Position numbers and translations under genes: made by a program
Part shown: piece by piece, positions 25,760 to 39,999 of the stretch
Layout of the letters: every line of letters starts with the position of its first letter
Numbering within the stretch: position 1 is the first letter of the stretch
The notes under the pieces: generated by a model
What the model was told of the DNA's origin: nothing
What the model saw: only the letters and a program-made list of their open reading frames with translations
Database searches by the model: none
Origin: the human T2T-CHM13v2.0 reference genome, Homo sapiens
DNA: 64,000 bases
Strand: one strand, 5' to 3'
Assembly (NCBI RefSeq): GCF_009914755.1
Contig: NC_060938.1

Positions 25760-27033
25760 GGGCTGGTGGACTTATAAGGCAGCCAATATTTAGAGATGCT
25801 GCTTTTCTTTCCACCTTTCCTTTCTCTGACTTCTTTGCTTTTTCTCCTGGTCCTGGTTGTAAAAGACTGAGGAAGCTATTTTGGGGATTTCAGGCATAAG
25901 AGTGTTGGGGCCCAGTGCTAGGTTTTGGAATCCCCAAAATACCTGGGGATTCCTGAGTTAGGAAATGGTTCTTTAGGATCAATTTCCATTCTGGTTTCTC
26001 TGGGTTTAGTTTGGTATGCTTCACTAGGGCCTCTTGTAGCATCTCTAGGAAAGTGGTGGGGTTTTCAAGAGGGGCTTGATCTATTAAGACCAATTTATTA
26101 TAATTCACAGGCTTTGCTCTTCTAGCTTTCATTTCTTCTACCAAACACAGGAACATGTGGTTCCTTCTCCATATACCCCCTCAGTATTGTGATCACAACT
26201 GGGTCAACCTGGGGAACCGTGATGGCCCCCTACAGGGTAGCCACCAAGGTTAGTCATATGCATTGCATTTACAAATTATTGAGCCACCTCCATAATGGAG
26301 TCACATTCTCCTTTACATGGAGGCTTCTCTAGTATGACTGAGATATCCCTCCAGACGAGTTCAAATGTGCAGGCCAGTTTACAGAACCCTTTGATGTACT
26401 TGTCAGTGACTTTCATAAACTTCCCTAGTTCCATTTTAGTTTGGCTCAGGTTTTGCATAATGAATAGGTCTGGACTCTAGTGGGTCCACTGGGGTCACTA
26501 ACCTCTTGAAGGGGGCATAACTTAAGGGAGTGGTATAGAGGATGGTCCTGGGTACAGAGGGGAAGGGTCTAGGGCTCAGATACTTAGAAATAATGGGATA
26601 GAAGGAACAGTGGGGTTTGGGTTTGGCTGTGCTCTTTGTTCCTCCAGGGCTTGAACTTTGGGTAAACCCAATAAGAGGTTTCCTGAGCCAACCAAAGAAG
26701 CTGCCTGACCATGGTTTCTACCATTGCTGGATCCATTTTGCAAGCCTGAAAAAGGTCAGGGTTGTCTCTTCAGGCCATGAAGGTCTGTAGATGGGGAATT
26801 TCTGTCAATTTTTCTTTCTGGAGACAAAGCAATCTAGTTGATAGATTGTATTAAAAGTTATTCTTCCATTTTCTAGCCAAGATTCCTGGTTCCAGAGCTT
26901 ATATTCAACCCAGCATGCATTACAGAAAAAATATTAGCCCTTTTCATATTAGAGTTTTGGGGCCAAACTTCTTCCAGTTGTTGAGGATGTATCCGAGGGG
27001 TGTATTCCGCAGCATGGATGTGTGATTTCCCAT
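25760..27033 (-). pseudogene. FRD-like provirus gag remnant (MA-CA)
   Basis: ATG at 27033: MGNHTSMLRNTPLGYILNNWKKFGPKTL...LIFFCNACW; ORF 25890-26156 KPVNYNKL...QAPLENPTTFLEMLQEALVKHT (MHR). Confidence 0.9.
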
Positions 27034-28030
27034 CTGTAAAGAGAGAACAGAGGAGGAAAAAAAGAAAAAGAAGGCATCCCATCTTATTTTTCTATTATCG
27101 TTTACTGAATAGGGCACACCCCATTTGTCCTTAGGGTTCTGGAATAAACAGTCTTACTGCATACCCTTATCCTTGGTCCCATCTTGTCATGATTACCCAC
27201 TTGAGAACAGAGGAGATACCAGAGTAAATAGGGGACATCCTATTCATCCTTGGAGTTCTGAAATAAAATGGTCTTACCCCTGACCTTGCCTTTATCTCTG
27301 TTCTAATGTTAATATGTCCTGGGGCCAGCTTTTGTCTCTGTCCTAAGGGGACTTTTATCTTTTGTTCCTGCAGCGTTGGGCCAGCCTATATCATTGTCTT
27401 CATGACCTTATAGTGACTCTCAGAACATTCAACAACAAAAGGATTATGTCTTTTTCCAGATTCCTGTGTTTTTTAAGTAGACAAGAAGCCTCTTTTTTCA
27501 GCCAACTGCTGCAAGGGGGCTTGACTTCCCTCCCTTTGCATATGACCTTGAAAGTCTTGATGTTTATTGAGAAGGGCATGGAAATGATTAAAGAAATGAA
27601 GGAAAATTTGTATTTGGGGTTCTTCATCCTCCAGGGATAATATGCAGAAAAATGCTTAAGCAAACAGGTAAATCCCTCTGCTACAGGAGGAAGTTAGAGG
27701 AAGCAATATGGATACCAAGGGAAATCCTTTACATGCTCACAAAAATAGCAGCCCTTGTATTCAAAAGGTCAACATTTATTTGCCCTCTTGTTGTAAAGGA
27801 GGAACCTTTGGAGGACTTGGGACTTGGGATAAGGGCTCACAAATGGCAAAGGAAGAATTTTCCCTCCTCCAAAAGGATGCTAACTCAAAACAAACAAACA
27901 AACAAACAAACAAACAAGTAGGTAAGGTCCTAAAAGGGTCGTAGAGTGAGGCCCTATGCATGTGGACAAAGTGTTTCAAAAGCCACAAAAATAACTTGGC
28001 CCTGTAGTGTAACAGAGATTCCTAGTTAGG
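27034..28030 (-). mobile_element. 5' leader of the FRD-like provirus; 5' LTR and PBS not seen
   Basis: Contiguous with gag; repeated 'cctt(a/g)g(g/a)gttctg(g/a)aataaa...gtcttac' blocks; (AAAC)n at about 27888-27917. Confidence 0.65.
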
Positions 28031-28047
28031 AATCATTCCTCTAACTA

Positions 28048-28850
<803 letters not shown>

Positions 28851-29202
28851 CAGTCAATCTTTATCAAACTACGTGCCATTTCAGGAACATGGTGTTCAAC
28901 GTCTTTTCCCAGTCTCTTAACACCTAGTATTACTCCTTCCTAGATGCTCTCTCTAAACTCAAAATTTCTTTAACCACATATCATCCACTAGATTTAAAAG
29001 AATAATTATTAAAATGTTATAACCTTTGTGAAATCCCTTGAAAATATTGTGTCCTCACTATTTTTCATGTGTATATTTGTTGCAATGTAATTAGTTTTAC
29101 ATCTATGTTCCTTACTCAACCCTATTTATTGTGGACAGAACTGTATAATAACCATATTTGTAATCCTTAATTAGAGCATTTATTCATTCATTCATTCACT
29201 CA

Positions 29203-29352
<150 letters not shown>

Positions 29353-29759
29353 TTATACTAGATTCTACTTTGCTTCTATATTATGTCTACTTATATCTCT
29401 CAATTTAGAGTCCTGCATTGTCATAATACAATATTACAAAAATGGTACAGCCTAATTTATTAAATTCAGTGATGAGTTAGGAATTATTTCATACTTCAGT
29501 TGTGCATTTAATCTTGTTTTAGGGGAATGTTGTATCTTTTTTTTAATATGTAGAAGTAGTTATATGCCTCATTATTTATAGTTTAAAGATTCGTATAGAA
29601 AGAGGTATGTAAAAATCTAGAGGAAAAAAACTCAGAGCATGGAACAATGACTAGGAAGACACTGTTGCTAAAAAGTGTGTGTGTGTGTGTGGTTTTTTTT
29701 GTCCTAAATTGTATCAGCCGGAAGATTTCAATTTGCAGCTGTGAAAGAAGTATGTAGAG

Positions 29760-30096
29760 CAGGGGTCTTCAACCCTTGGGCTGTGAAATGGTACTGTTTC
29801 GCGTCCTGTTAGGAGCGGGCTGCCAAGCAGGAGGTGAGTGGTGGGTGAGTGAGCACTATAGCCTGAGCTCCTCATCCTGTCAGATCAGTGACATCATTAG
29901 ATTCTCATAGGAGTGCAAACCCTACTGTGAACTGAGCATGTAAGAGAGCTAAGTTGCACACTCCTTATCAGAATCTAATGCCTGATGATCTTCTGAAGTA
30001 GAACAGTTTCATCCCCAAACCATCCACCACCCTGGTCCATGGAAATATTTTCTTCCGTTAAACTAGTCCCTAGTGTCCAAAGGTTGGGGACTGATG
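29760..30096 (+). mobile_element. MER1B (hAT-Charlie) DNA transposon
   Basis: Termini caggggtcttcaacc / ggttggggactgatg; 'cattagattctcataggagtgcaaaccct'; hAT-like flanks atgtagag/tcctagag. Confidence 0.9.
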
Positions 30097-30574
30097 TCCT
30101 AGAGGACAGTATGAAGTAAGAAACTTTATTTTCAATTGTCCTTTTACAATATGCAGCCATTTCTTTTGACACCAGGGTAAACAGAAGTGAGACGCTTCTC
30201 TGCAGCCCTAGTTTATCCCTGGGATCTTTGTTGATCTTCCTATGTTATTCTTAGTATTCTGTTTTCATCTTCTCTGTACTTTATGATTCCTAGCTATATA
30301 TTTTATTTTCTGATATATTTAACCAGCTTTCTTGAAACTTAACATTTCTGTTTAACTCTTTCATTCACTAGCTTATTTCTTTTCTAGTTCACTTTCTTTC
30401 CTTCTTAAGTCAATTTCTGAGCATATATTTGGTGGCATTAAGATTATTATAAAGTACCTAATTTTTGTTATCTATATAAATGACATGCCTGACACCCATT
30501 TATGATAAAACGTGATTTGCTTATTATCAATATCAATACCGAGATCATTGAGCCAGCCAGCTGCAATTGAATAG

Positions 30575-30730
30575 TAAAACTTGAGAGCTGAAAGGACCTT
30601 AAAGATTATTTAATAATGCAGTTCCTGCATTTGCATACAGATAAGGTAACAGATAAGGTCAGTAGAAGCTGAATTACTTGTGTAAGTTCACATAATTAGT
30701 ATGAGGCAGGAAAAAATTTTGTTCTTTGAT
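30575..30730 (-). mobile_element. MIR fragment
   Basis: 'gagctgaaaggaccttaaagattat...acagataagg...ttacttgtgtaagttcacataattagt'. Confidence 0.65.
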
Positions 30731-31249
30731 ACATTTGAAAAGTTTTTTTAAAAACATTCCACTGTTTCTGTTAGTCCCAGGAGCCTCTTAAAAGTAAGGA
30801 GATATCAATAGTACCATGAAATGCTAATATAGTGATTATTATATGGCAGGGGTTATTAAAGGAGAGAGGTAAACTAGAGATATATATGATATATATTTGT
30901 GCATAGAATATATTTGCAGCCATAGATGGTGATGTATATAAAGATAAATTGGTATAGAACTGAGCTTTGAGTGATTCTATATTAATAGGGGGGATAAAAA
31001 TAGAGTAGGGGGATTCTCTTAAGATGGAGGAGTAGGAAGTATATCTGTCTCCCCCGACACACAACTATTGCATGGGGAGTATCTGTGTGATGCAGGTACT
31101 TTGGAACTCTGTTGATGACCTGCAAGTTCCAGTAGATGGCTTGGATGGTAAATTACAGTTAATTTCAGACTATTTTAACTCTTACCACAATAGCAATTAC
31201 CTTTTATCTACCTTCAGCCCCAGGGCAGACAGCTGTGCATGTATTCTTG

Positions 31250-32580
31250 AAGTAACCTACACACAGTTTGTGAAAGCCAGGGTGGGCAAAAAATTACCCT
31301 GTCCTCCAAATACAGGAGATCTGTGTTCTGATAGTTGACTGGTGTTTTGTATCACATAGATACAAATAGGTGAGAAGCCACTGTTGTACCTTCCATATTG
31401 TTGAAAACCCCTCCCCTTCTGGGTGAAGTAACTTCCAGGGGATTTAAAAGAGCAGCACTCTTTTCTCTGTCTTCACTTTTCTCTTTTTCCCCTTATGTGA
31501 GTCAAACATTAAAAAGTAGGACATTCAACTGCAAAAGCAGCTGCATATAAGAGAAAATGATCTTGAAAGTTCAAGGAAAGGTGCTGCTCAGAAAAGACCG
31601 GAATAGACCTTATGACCTTAAATTTACACCTCAGGCTGCTCCATGGCACAGAGTCAGTCTAAAAACAGTTTTGCAAAAAAACATCAAAGCAAAAGCAAAA
31701 CAAAAGAAAAACAAAAATAACAAAAAATAGCAAACTTTATCAGAGCATACTCTGATTCCCAGAATTATTATATTAGATCCAAATGTGTAGTTTTCAACAA
31801 AAAAAATCACAAAGCATAAAATATAACATTAAAGTTTTTTTATATTATTGTGGTTAATAGAGTTATTGAGCAGAGTTTTTTGCATGCTATTGAAGTTAAA
31901 CTGTTATAAATTCAAATTAGAGTGTTATAACTTTAGGATATAAAGTAATCTCATTGGTGACCACAAAGAAAATACCTGTAGAATATATACACAACACAAA
32001 ATGAGAAAGAAAATTAGACTATGATATTTAAACACTAAAGAAGACAGTAATGAAAGAAATGAGGAACAAAATAGTTATAAGGCATATCAAAAGCAAATTG
32101 CAAAATAATGAAAGTAAGTCTCTTATTATTAGTAACTACTTTAAATGTAAATGGATTAAACACTCCAATCAAAAGACAGAGATGGAATTGATAAAAACGT
32201 AACCCATCTATTTGCTGTGTACAAGAGACTCACTTTAGATCCAAAGAAACAAATAGGTTCTAAGTTAAAATTTAGAAAATGTTATCCCTTGCAAATAGTA
32301 AGTAAAAGAGACTACAAGAGACTCACTTTAGATCCAAATAAACAAATAGGTTCAAAGTTAAAATTTAAAAAATGTTATCCCTTGCAAATAGTAAGTAAAA
32401 GAGAGCAGGGGTACACTAATATCAAAAAAACCCATTAAATTTAAAAGTTTACAAGAAAAAAGGACATTAAATGTTAGTAAAAGGCTCAAAGAATAAAAGA
32501 ATATAATGATTATAAATATCTATATATCTAATGACAGACTATCAAAATATATAAAGCAAAAATTGATAGAACTGAAAACT
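31250..32580 (+). mobile_element. Old L1M 5' region, inter-ORF and ORF2 EN start
   Basis: 'tactttaaatgtaaatggattaaacactccaatcaaaagacagaga' is TLNVNGLNTPIKRQR. Confidence 0.8.
32220..32404. repeat. 93-bp tandem duplication in L1 ORF2
   Basis: Copies start at 32220 and 32313 with 3 mismatches; visible as the repeated peptide in ORF 32217-32438. Confidence 0.97.
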
Positions 32581-33164
32581 ATCATTAGTGCAGATACATT
32601 TAGGATTTCAGTTTTACATGTCAAAATTATTAGTATTCTTACTTGTGATTTTCTTCCTATACATTAAGATATTTAAAAGGGCAATTCCTTGCTGCCATAC
32701 TTTTACTTCTAAGGTAATGAGGTGTTGATTGTACTTAAAGATTATAAATACCTATTTATAATCTCTTCACATGATTAAATATGCTGAAGGAGACAGATAT
32801 TCATAATATAATTACAAAACAAGCAATGATCTGGTAAATGCTTAACAGTGGTTATAGAGGACAAAGGGGGAAGTGATTGATTTGTTTTGGTTGAAGGGTA
32901 AAAGTGGAAATGCTACATAAACACTTTAAAACTGGCCCTTGAAGATAAAGCAGGAGTTCCCTGTGTATTCCCTACAAGGTAATGTCTCAATCCATATCAT
33001 AGAGACCAGGAACTATAGATAATGGTGGGCAACCTATTGCAGTTGAAGTTTGTAGAGTTGAGTATTTATGTGTAGAAAAGAAGAGGTAAAGATATAATAA
33101 TAAATTCAAATAGAGGAAAAACATTTTTTAATGATTTCTGTTAGACATAATTATTAAATGTTTT

Positions 33165-33340
33165 AAATATCCTATTCAGTTTATTCTGACAACATTGTGA
33201 GGTAAATGTATGAACTTCATTTTCCAGATAAAGAAATGGAGGCATAGGAAAGTAACACTTCCAGCTCCAAATAGCACAATTTTAAATGACAAATTTATAT
33301 TTCAAAAGATTCAAAGATAAGTCTGTTTCCAAAACCTACA
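33165..33340 (-). mobile_element. MIR fragment
   Basis: 'gacaacattgtgaggta...cattttccagataaagaaatggaggcatagg'. Confidence 0.65.
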
Positions 33341-34409
33341 CACTTCTAAATATGTAACAATGTCTACTCTAAATACACAGGCCAGGTAAATAGTTTGAAA
33401 TTCTCTAGCTAATAAATTATTTTTTTAATGCAGAAAATGGTTAAGATAGAGGTTTCTCAGTTAATTATTAAGGAAAGAAAATGAACTGACAAATTTTTTG
33501 GTCAAAAAATCAAATAGAAACTTTAAAGAAGTCATTGAAAAAAATTCATAGCATGAGCAGCATTTAGTAACGTGCTTCCCCAAAATTAACAGTAGACAAT
33601 GCCAGATTTGATGAAAAACATCATCTTCTAAATGTAAGGATAAAAGCACTCTTCTAAGTTGAATTTAGTTGCGTATTGAAATTCTATGTTTCAATTAATA
33701 TATTCAACTATTTACTCTTATATCTTCTTTTCAACTAATGACATAAATTATCATGATGCTTGTTTGATGACATGGCAGCCCTTGGGAAAAAGCACACACA
33801 TGCAAATGAAGTAGAATGTATTTTGTGTTTTGGGCTTTGCATTCTTATTTTTCTTTCCTGAAAATAGTAATTAAATATCATTAGAGATAACATTTTGTGT
33901 ACATGTTCACACGGATGGATTTCAAAATAAATACACATGAATGTTAAGTTATTTTTTAGTTAATGTTCTTTGCTTAACAAAAAACAAGAGATAAAGTACA
34001 ATGGTCATTTGTGGTTAACATTTTATCTCTTCCCCTTCCATTTGGATTTGATATTTCCTTTTGAAGAAGCACTATTAATCTTAGTCCATGTGATTTGGGA
34101 TGGTTCACACTCTACCTTGTAGATTCCTGAAAAACAGTCTAGGCTTTCTAAGGGTCTCTCTTCACACATGTTCTGGGATGCAAATAACTTGATTATTTTC
34201 ATTACAATCTTCCCAGGACATTTTAAAATATTATCTGGAAAAATACATTTTGTCTATCTAAAAACTTCTTTTATAGAGCTTTCTAGAAAATAAAGCTAAC
34301 ATAGAGAAGGTTACCATTCAGAGAAACACCCTGTGTCCTACTACCGTGGTTTGAGGCCCTTGGCCTTTCCATAGCTGAGACTTTTCATGCATATGAGCAA
34401 ATAAATGTC

Positions 34410-34478
34410 TTCCTTTCTTCTTCCCTCCCTCCCTCCTTCTCTCCCTCCCTCCCTCTCTTCCTTCCTTCCTTCCTTCCA
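34410..34478. repeat. (CCCT)n/(CCTT)n polypyrimidine tract, within a probable old ERVL-type LTR end
   Basis: Tract seen directly; flanking 'atgagcaaataaat...tttaagcc' is LTR16/33-like (weak). Confidence 0.8.
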
Positions 34479-35869
34479 TTGTTCTATTTAATTTAAGCCG
34501 TTTTAAGGTGATATTTTTGCCAATATCAAAAGAGTTTTTATTAATAAAGAAAGCAGCTTAAAAATAAGTGAAAAGAATGTACTAGTAAATTATTACCTTG
34601 CTAACATAATCAATGTAATGGCACAAGGCAATGGGAATTCTGAAATCCTACCACAGGGCACAGATCTCAGATGAGTCAGCTTTAAAAGTTTGCATTTAGA
34701 TACATTCACTCAAAAAATATATTGCCAAAGGTTAAATGAATAAGATAATTTGTGACATATAGTTCCTGTGGCTTGATATGGACATCATCTCATTCTGGGT
34801 TTAGTCATCTCCTCTCATATGGTTTAAGGTTGGGCAATGCCAAAGGGAAGGATGGCTGTATCCAAAGAAATTGTAAAGGGATTTTCTACAGAAAACAGAT
34901 GCCCAGACAGATGTATAAGTATATGTACCAAATTGTAAGAGACAGGAAGATGAAAATTGGATATTATTTCAAAATGAAGCATTTATATTTTTAATATATA
35001 ACTACAGAATTATAGCTCTATTGGGGAAAATGTCTATCTTCTATTCACAAAAAGACTTAAGGACAGCTAGTCCATTCAAATTAATCTAATTGAAGATCTT
35101 CTAAAAAATGAAAACAAAAATGTGGATAAAGGAATCTAAGGAATACATGTGTACAAATTAGTATTATAGTCTCAGAGCCAGAAACTATTATATGATTCAG
35201 AGGCTAAATGGCAACATGATATTTAATTTTTCAGCAATATTGTACATTAGAGATGATGACTAAACCTCTCCTTGAAAATAGCTAAAATACAAATAATAAA
35301 AGACTTAATATTTACCGGATTAAAATCTAATGCAGAGATGTAAAAGAATAAATCCCTGGAGGCCAAAATAGAGTGGCACCTGAAAGCCAAAAGACATAAA
35401 GGTAGAAAACAACAAAAACAACAGCAGCTACTGCCGGTTCTTGACCTGAAGCCATATACTGAACTCTTATGCACTTGGCTATTCAACTAATATATCAGAA
35501 GGCAGTAGAACTAGAAATAAAGATTAAGCAAGCAAGTATAAGAACATTTAAAATGAATGGGCTATCAATGGGCCTAATCCTAACCTACAAAATGAAGGGC
35601 CAGATTTTCTTCGTTTCTTTCTTTAATGCTGAAATAATGAGATGAGCCAGCAGATGCAACACACACCTGAATCACCAGATTTTGATATAAAATAAGTATA
35701 AAAAATAAAAAAAGATTAAAAATATGAATAAGAAAAATAACCAAGAAGATCTGTAAAAACATCATATGAAACATGAAGAAATTTAAAACAAAATAAAAAT
35801 AAAATAATATAACCAGTGGCTTACAATTGAGAAAAAATAGATATGAATAAATTATCCATAATATATACA

Positions 35870-37007
35870 AAGATGTAAAGAAATATTCAAAGATAATTCA
35901 TATCAAAATTTTGGCATGCTGTGAGAGCAGTACATAAAGAGAAGTGTATAGCATTGATTACACATGTTTTTAAAAAGATCTAAAACAAGTAACCTAAGAT
36001 TCTACCTTACAAAACTAGAAAAAGAAGAGCAAATTAAACTTCAAGTAAAGATAAGATTAAACATAAAAATTGGGACAGAATCAATGAAATCAAAAATAAG
36101 AAATTAATAGAGAAAATCGACAAAACCAGCAGCTGCTTCTTTGAAAAGATCAACAAAATTGATAAGCCTCTAGTCATGCTAGCTAAGAGAAAGATTCAAA
36201 TTACTAATATCAAAAAGAGCACACATCACTACAGATGTTATAAAGACAAAAAGAGTAAAACAAAATTATGAAGTTTTATGTCCAAGATTTGAAAACCTGG
36301 GTAAAATAGACCAATTCTTCAAAAGGCACAATCTGCCAAAACTCATGCAAGAAGAAACTGACAGTCTTAATAGGCTTATGTCTATTAAACATATTGAATC
36401 AATAATCAATAGCTTTGAAAAACAAAATGTACCAGGTCCAGATGCGTTCACTGGTGAATTCCACAAAACATCAAAGGAATAACTTATACCAGTTCTCCAC
36501 AATCTCTTAGAAAAAACAGAAGCAAAGAGAACACTTCTAACTCACTCCATGAGGTCAGCTGTATCCTTATATCAAATCTAGGCAAAGACATTACAGGAAA
36601 GTTTTTAAAAAGTGACAAGAACAAGCCAATATATTTCACAAAGATAAATGTAAAAATTTTCAACAAGATATTAGAAAATCTAATAATGTATAAAAATATT
36701 TTTCCGCCTCAACCAAATAACAGCATACTTAGGGTGAAAAACTTAGCAGGACAAAGATTTCCTGCTAAGAAATCCTGCTAAGAAATCAACATTGTGCTTA
36801 AAGCCCTAGCTGATGCAACAAGAAAAACATGAAATAACAAATATACATCTTGATTGATGGAAGGAATAAAAGTGTCTTTGGTTGTAGAAAACATAATTAT
36901 CTATGTAGAAAACCTAAAAGAATATATTAAATAACCTCTTGGAACTAGTAAATGACTATAGCAGGGTTGCAGGACACAAGACAAACTCACAAAAGTGAAT
37001 CACTTCT
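35870..37007 (+). mobile_element. Old L1M ORF2 central and RT fragment
   Basis: 'ttctttgaaaagatcaacaaaattgataagcctctag', 'ccaggtccagatgcgttcactggtgaattc'. Confidence 0.88.
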
Positions 37008-38232
37008 GAACATTCCAGCAGGCCCAACACCACATGGAAGCTGCCAAGGCATGGGGCTTGTACTCTCTGAAGCAATGGCCTGAGCTGTACCTTGGCCCCC
37101 TTTAGCCACAGCTAGAGCTGAAGCAGCTGGGATGCAGGGCACTATGTCTGGAGGCTGCATATAGCATGGGGCCCTGGGCCTGGCCCACTAAACCATTTTT
37201 TTCCTCCTAGGCCTCTGGGCCTGTGGGAGGGGCTGCCATGAAAGTCTCTGCCATGCCTTGAAGACATTTTCCCTATTGTCTTGGTGTTTAACATTCAGCT
37301 CCTCAGTACTTATGCAAATTTTTGCTGCAGGCTTGAATTTTTCCCCAGAAAATGGGATTTTCTTTCCTATCACATTGTTGGGTTGCAAATTTTCCAAACT
37401 TATGTGCTCTAATTCCTCTTGAATACTTTGCTACTTAGAAATTTCTTTCACCAGGTACCCTAAATCATCTCTCTTAAGTTCTAAGTTCCACACATCTCTA
37501 GGGCAGGAGCAAAATGTTGCCAGCCTCTTAAGTAAAGCATAACAACAGTCACCTTTGTTCCAGGTCCCAACAAGTTACTCATCATCTCCATCGGAGACCA
37601 CCTCAGCCTGGACTTCATTGTCAGTATCACTATCTGCATTTTGGTCAAAGCCATTTAGCAAGTCTCTAGAAAGTTCCAAACTTTCCCATATCTTCCCATC
37701 TTCTGAGCCCTCCAAGTCTCTAGGAAGTTCCAAATTTTCCCACATTTTCCTATCTTCTTCTGAGCTCTCCAAATTGTTCCACCCTCTTCCTGTTACTTGG
37801 TTCCAAAGTTGCTTCCACATTCCTTATAGCAGCACCCCACTCTCAGTACCAATTTACTGTATTAGTTCCTTCTCATGCTGCTACGAAGAAATACTTGAGA
37901 CTGGACAACTTATAAAGGAAAGAGGTTTAATTGTCTCACAGTTCCACATGGCTGGGAAGGCCTCAGGAAACTTACAATCATGGTGGAAGAGGAGGCAAAC
38001 ATGTCCTTCCACACAGGTGGCAGGAGAGAGAAGAATGAGTGCCTAGCAAATAAAGAAGCCTCCTATAAAACCACAGATCTCTTGAAAACTAACTCACTTT
38101 CATGACAACAGGATGAGGAAAACATATCCCATGATTCAATTATCTTTACCAAGTCATTCCCATGACATATACAGATTGTGGGAACTACAATTCAAGATGA
38201 GATTTGAGTGGGGACACAACCAAACCATATCA
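37008..38232 (-). mobile_element. THE1 (B/C-like): 5' LTR 37858-38232 plus truncated internal part; 3' LTR missing
   Basis: LTR ends tgtattagt / caaaccatatca; ORF 37575-37820 LLNGFDQNADSDTDNEVQAEVVSDGD. Confidence 0.92.
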
Positions 38233-39985
38233 GACAGGACACAAAAAATAAAAAGCAAGAAATTAAATTATACCAACAGAGAAAAACACCTTCACTAAAT
38301 TTATATGGAACCACAAAAGACCCAGAATAGCCAAAACTATCCTAAGAAAAAGGGACAAAACTGGAAGAATTACATTACCTAACTTCAAATTGTACTGTAG
38401 AGATAGAGTAACCAAAACAGCATGGTACTGGCATAAATACAGACATATAAACCAGTGGAAGGGAATAGATAACCCAGAAATAAGTTCACACATCTACAGT
38501 GAACTCATTTTCATCAAGGATGCCAAGAACATACACTGAGGAAAAGACAAACTCATTAATAAATGGTCTTGAGAAACTAGAATATCCTTATCCAGAAGAA
38601 CAAAACTATACTGTGTCTCTCACAATATACAAAAAGTAAATCAAAGCAGATTAAAGATTTAAACCTAAGACCTCATCCTGTGCTACTAAAAGAAGACAGT
38701 GGGGAAACTCTCCAGGACATTAATCTGGGCAAATATTTATTGAGTAATACCCCAAAAGCACAGGCAACCAAAGCACAAATGGGCAGATGAGATCATATCA
38801 GGTTAAGAAGCTTCTGCACAACAAAGGAAACAATCAACAAAGTAAAAAGACAGCCTACAAAATGGGAGAAAATATCTGCAAACTATCCATCTAACAAGGG
38901 ACAAATCACCAGAATATAGAAGAAAGCTCAAACAACTCTACAGAAAAAAATATATAATAATTCAATTTAAAATTAGGCAAAAGATCTGCATGGATATTTC
39001 TCAAAAGAAGACATATAAATGACAAACAGGTTTATAAAAAGGTGATCAATATCACTAATCATCAGAGAAATGCAAATTAAAACTACAGTGAGATGTTATC
39101 TCACCCCAGTTAAAATTACTTTTATACAAATGGTAGGCAATAACAAATAATGGGAAGGGTGTGGAGAAAAGGGAACCCTAGTATACTGTTAATGGGAATG
39201 CAAATTACTACAACCACTATGGGGAAGAGTTTGGGGGTTCCTCAAAAAACTAAAAGATAGAGACCATATGATACAGCAATCCTAGTGAGAAAAAGTAAGA
39301 TTCAAAATTAATAAAATCGGTATATCAAAGAGACAGCTGCACTCCGATGTTTGTTGCAGTACTGTTGATAATAGCTAAGATTTGGAAGCAACGCAAATGT
39401 TTATCAACAGATGAATGGATAAAGAAAACATGGTCCATGTAAACAATGGAGTACTATTCAGCTGTTAAAAGGAATGAGATCCTGTTATTTGCAACAACAT
39501 AGATGGGATTGGAGATCATCATGTTAGGTCAAATAAGCCAGGCACAGAAAGACAAACTTCACACGTTCTCACTCATTTATGGAAGCGAAAATGTAAAACA
39601 ATTGAACTCATAGAGATAGAGAGTAGAAGGATAATTATTGGAGGCTAGGAAGGGTAATGAGGGAGTGAGGGGGAAATGGGGATGATTAGTGGGCACAAAA
39701 ATATAAATAATTAATAAGACCTAACATTTTCTAGCTCAACAGGGTGACTATAGCAAAAAAAATTTATCGTACATTTAAAAATAAGTAAGAGTATAATTAG
39801 ATTCTTTGCAACACAAAAGATAAATGTTTGGGGTAATAGATACCCTATTTTCCCTGATGTGATTATTACACATTGCATGTTTGTATCAAGATATCTCAGG
39901 TACCTCATAAATATATACACCTACTGTGTACTCAAAAATTAAAATTAAACACTAAATAAAAATTAAATACTAAATAAATAGATAA
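38233..39985 (+). mobile_element. L1MA (about MA2/3): short inter-ORF piece fused to ORF2 C-terminus, 3' UTR and A-rich tail
   Basis: 'tacctaacttcaaattgtactgtagag', 'aacagggtgactatag', 'gatgtgattattacacattgcatg'. Confidence 0.9.
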
Positions 39986-39999
39986 ATAGCAGGTGTTTT

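Noticed and set aside
37555-38046. Longest ORF (163 aa, Ser-rich)
   Set aside because: Antisense frame of THE1-int and LTR; no gene features
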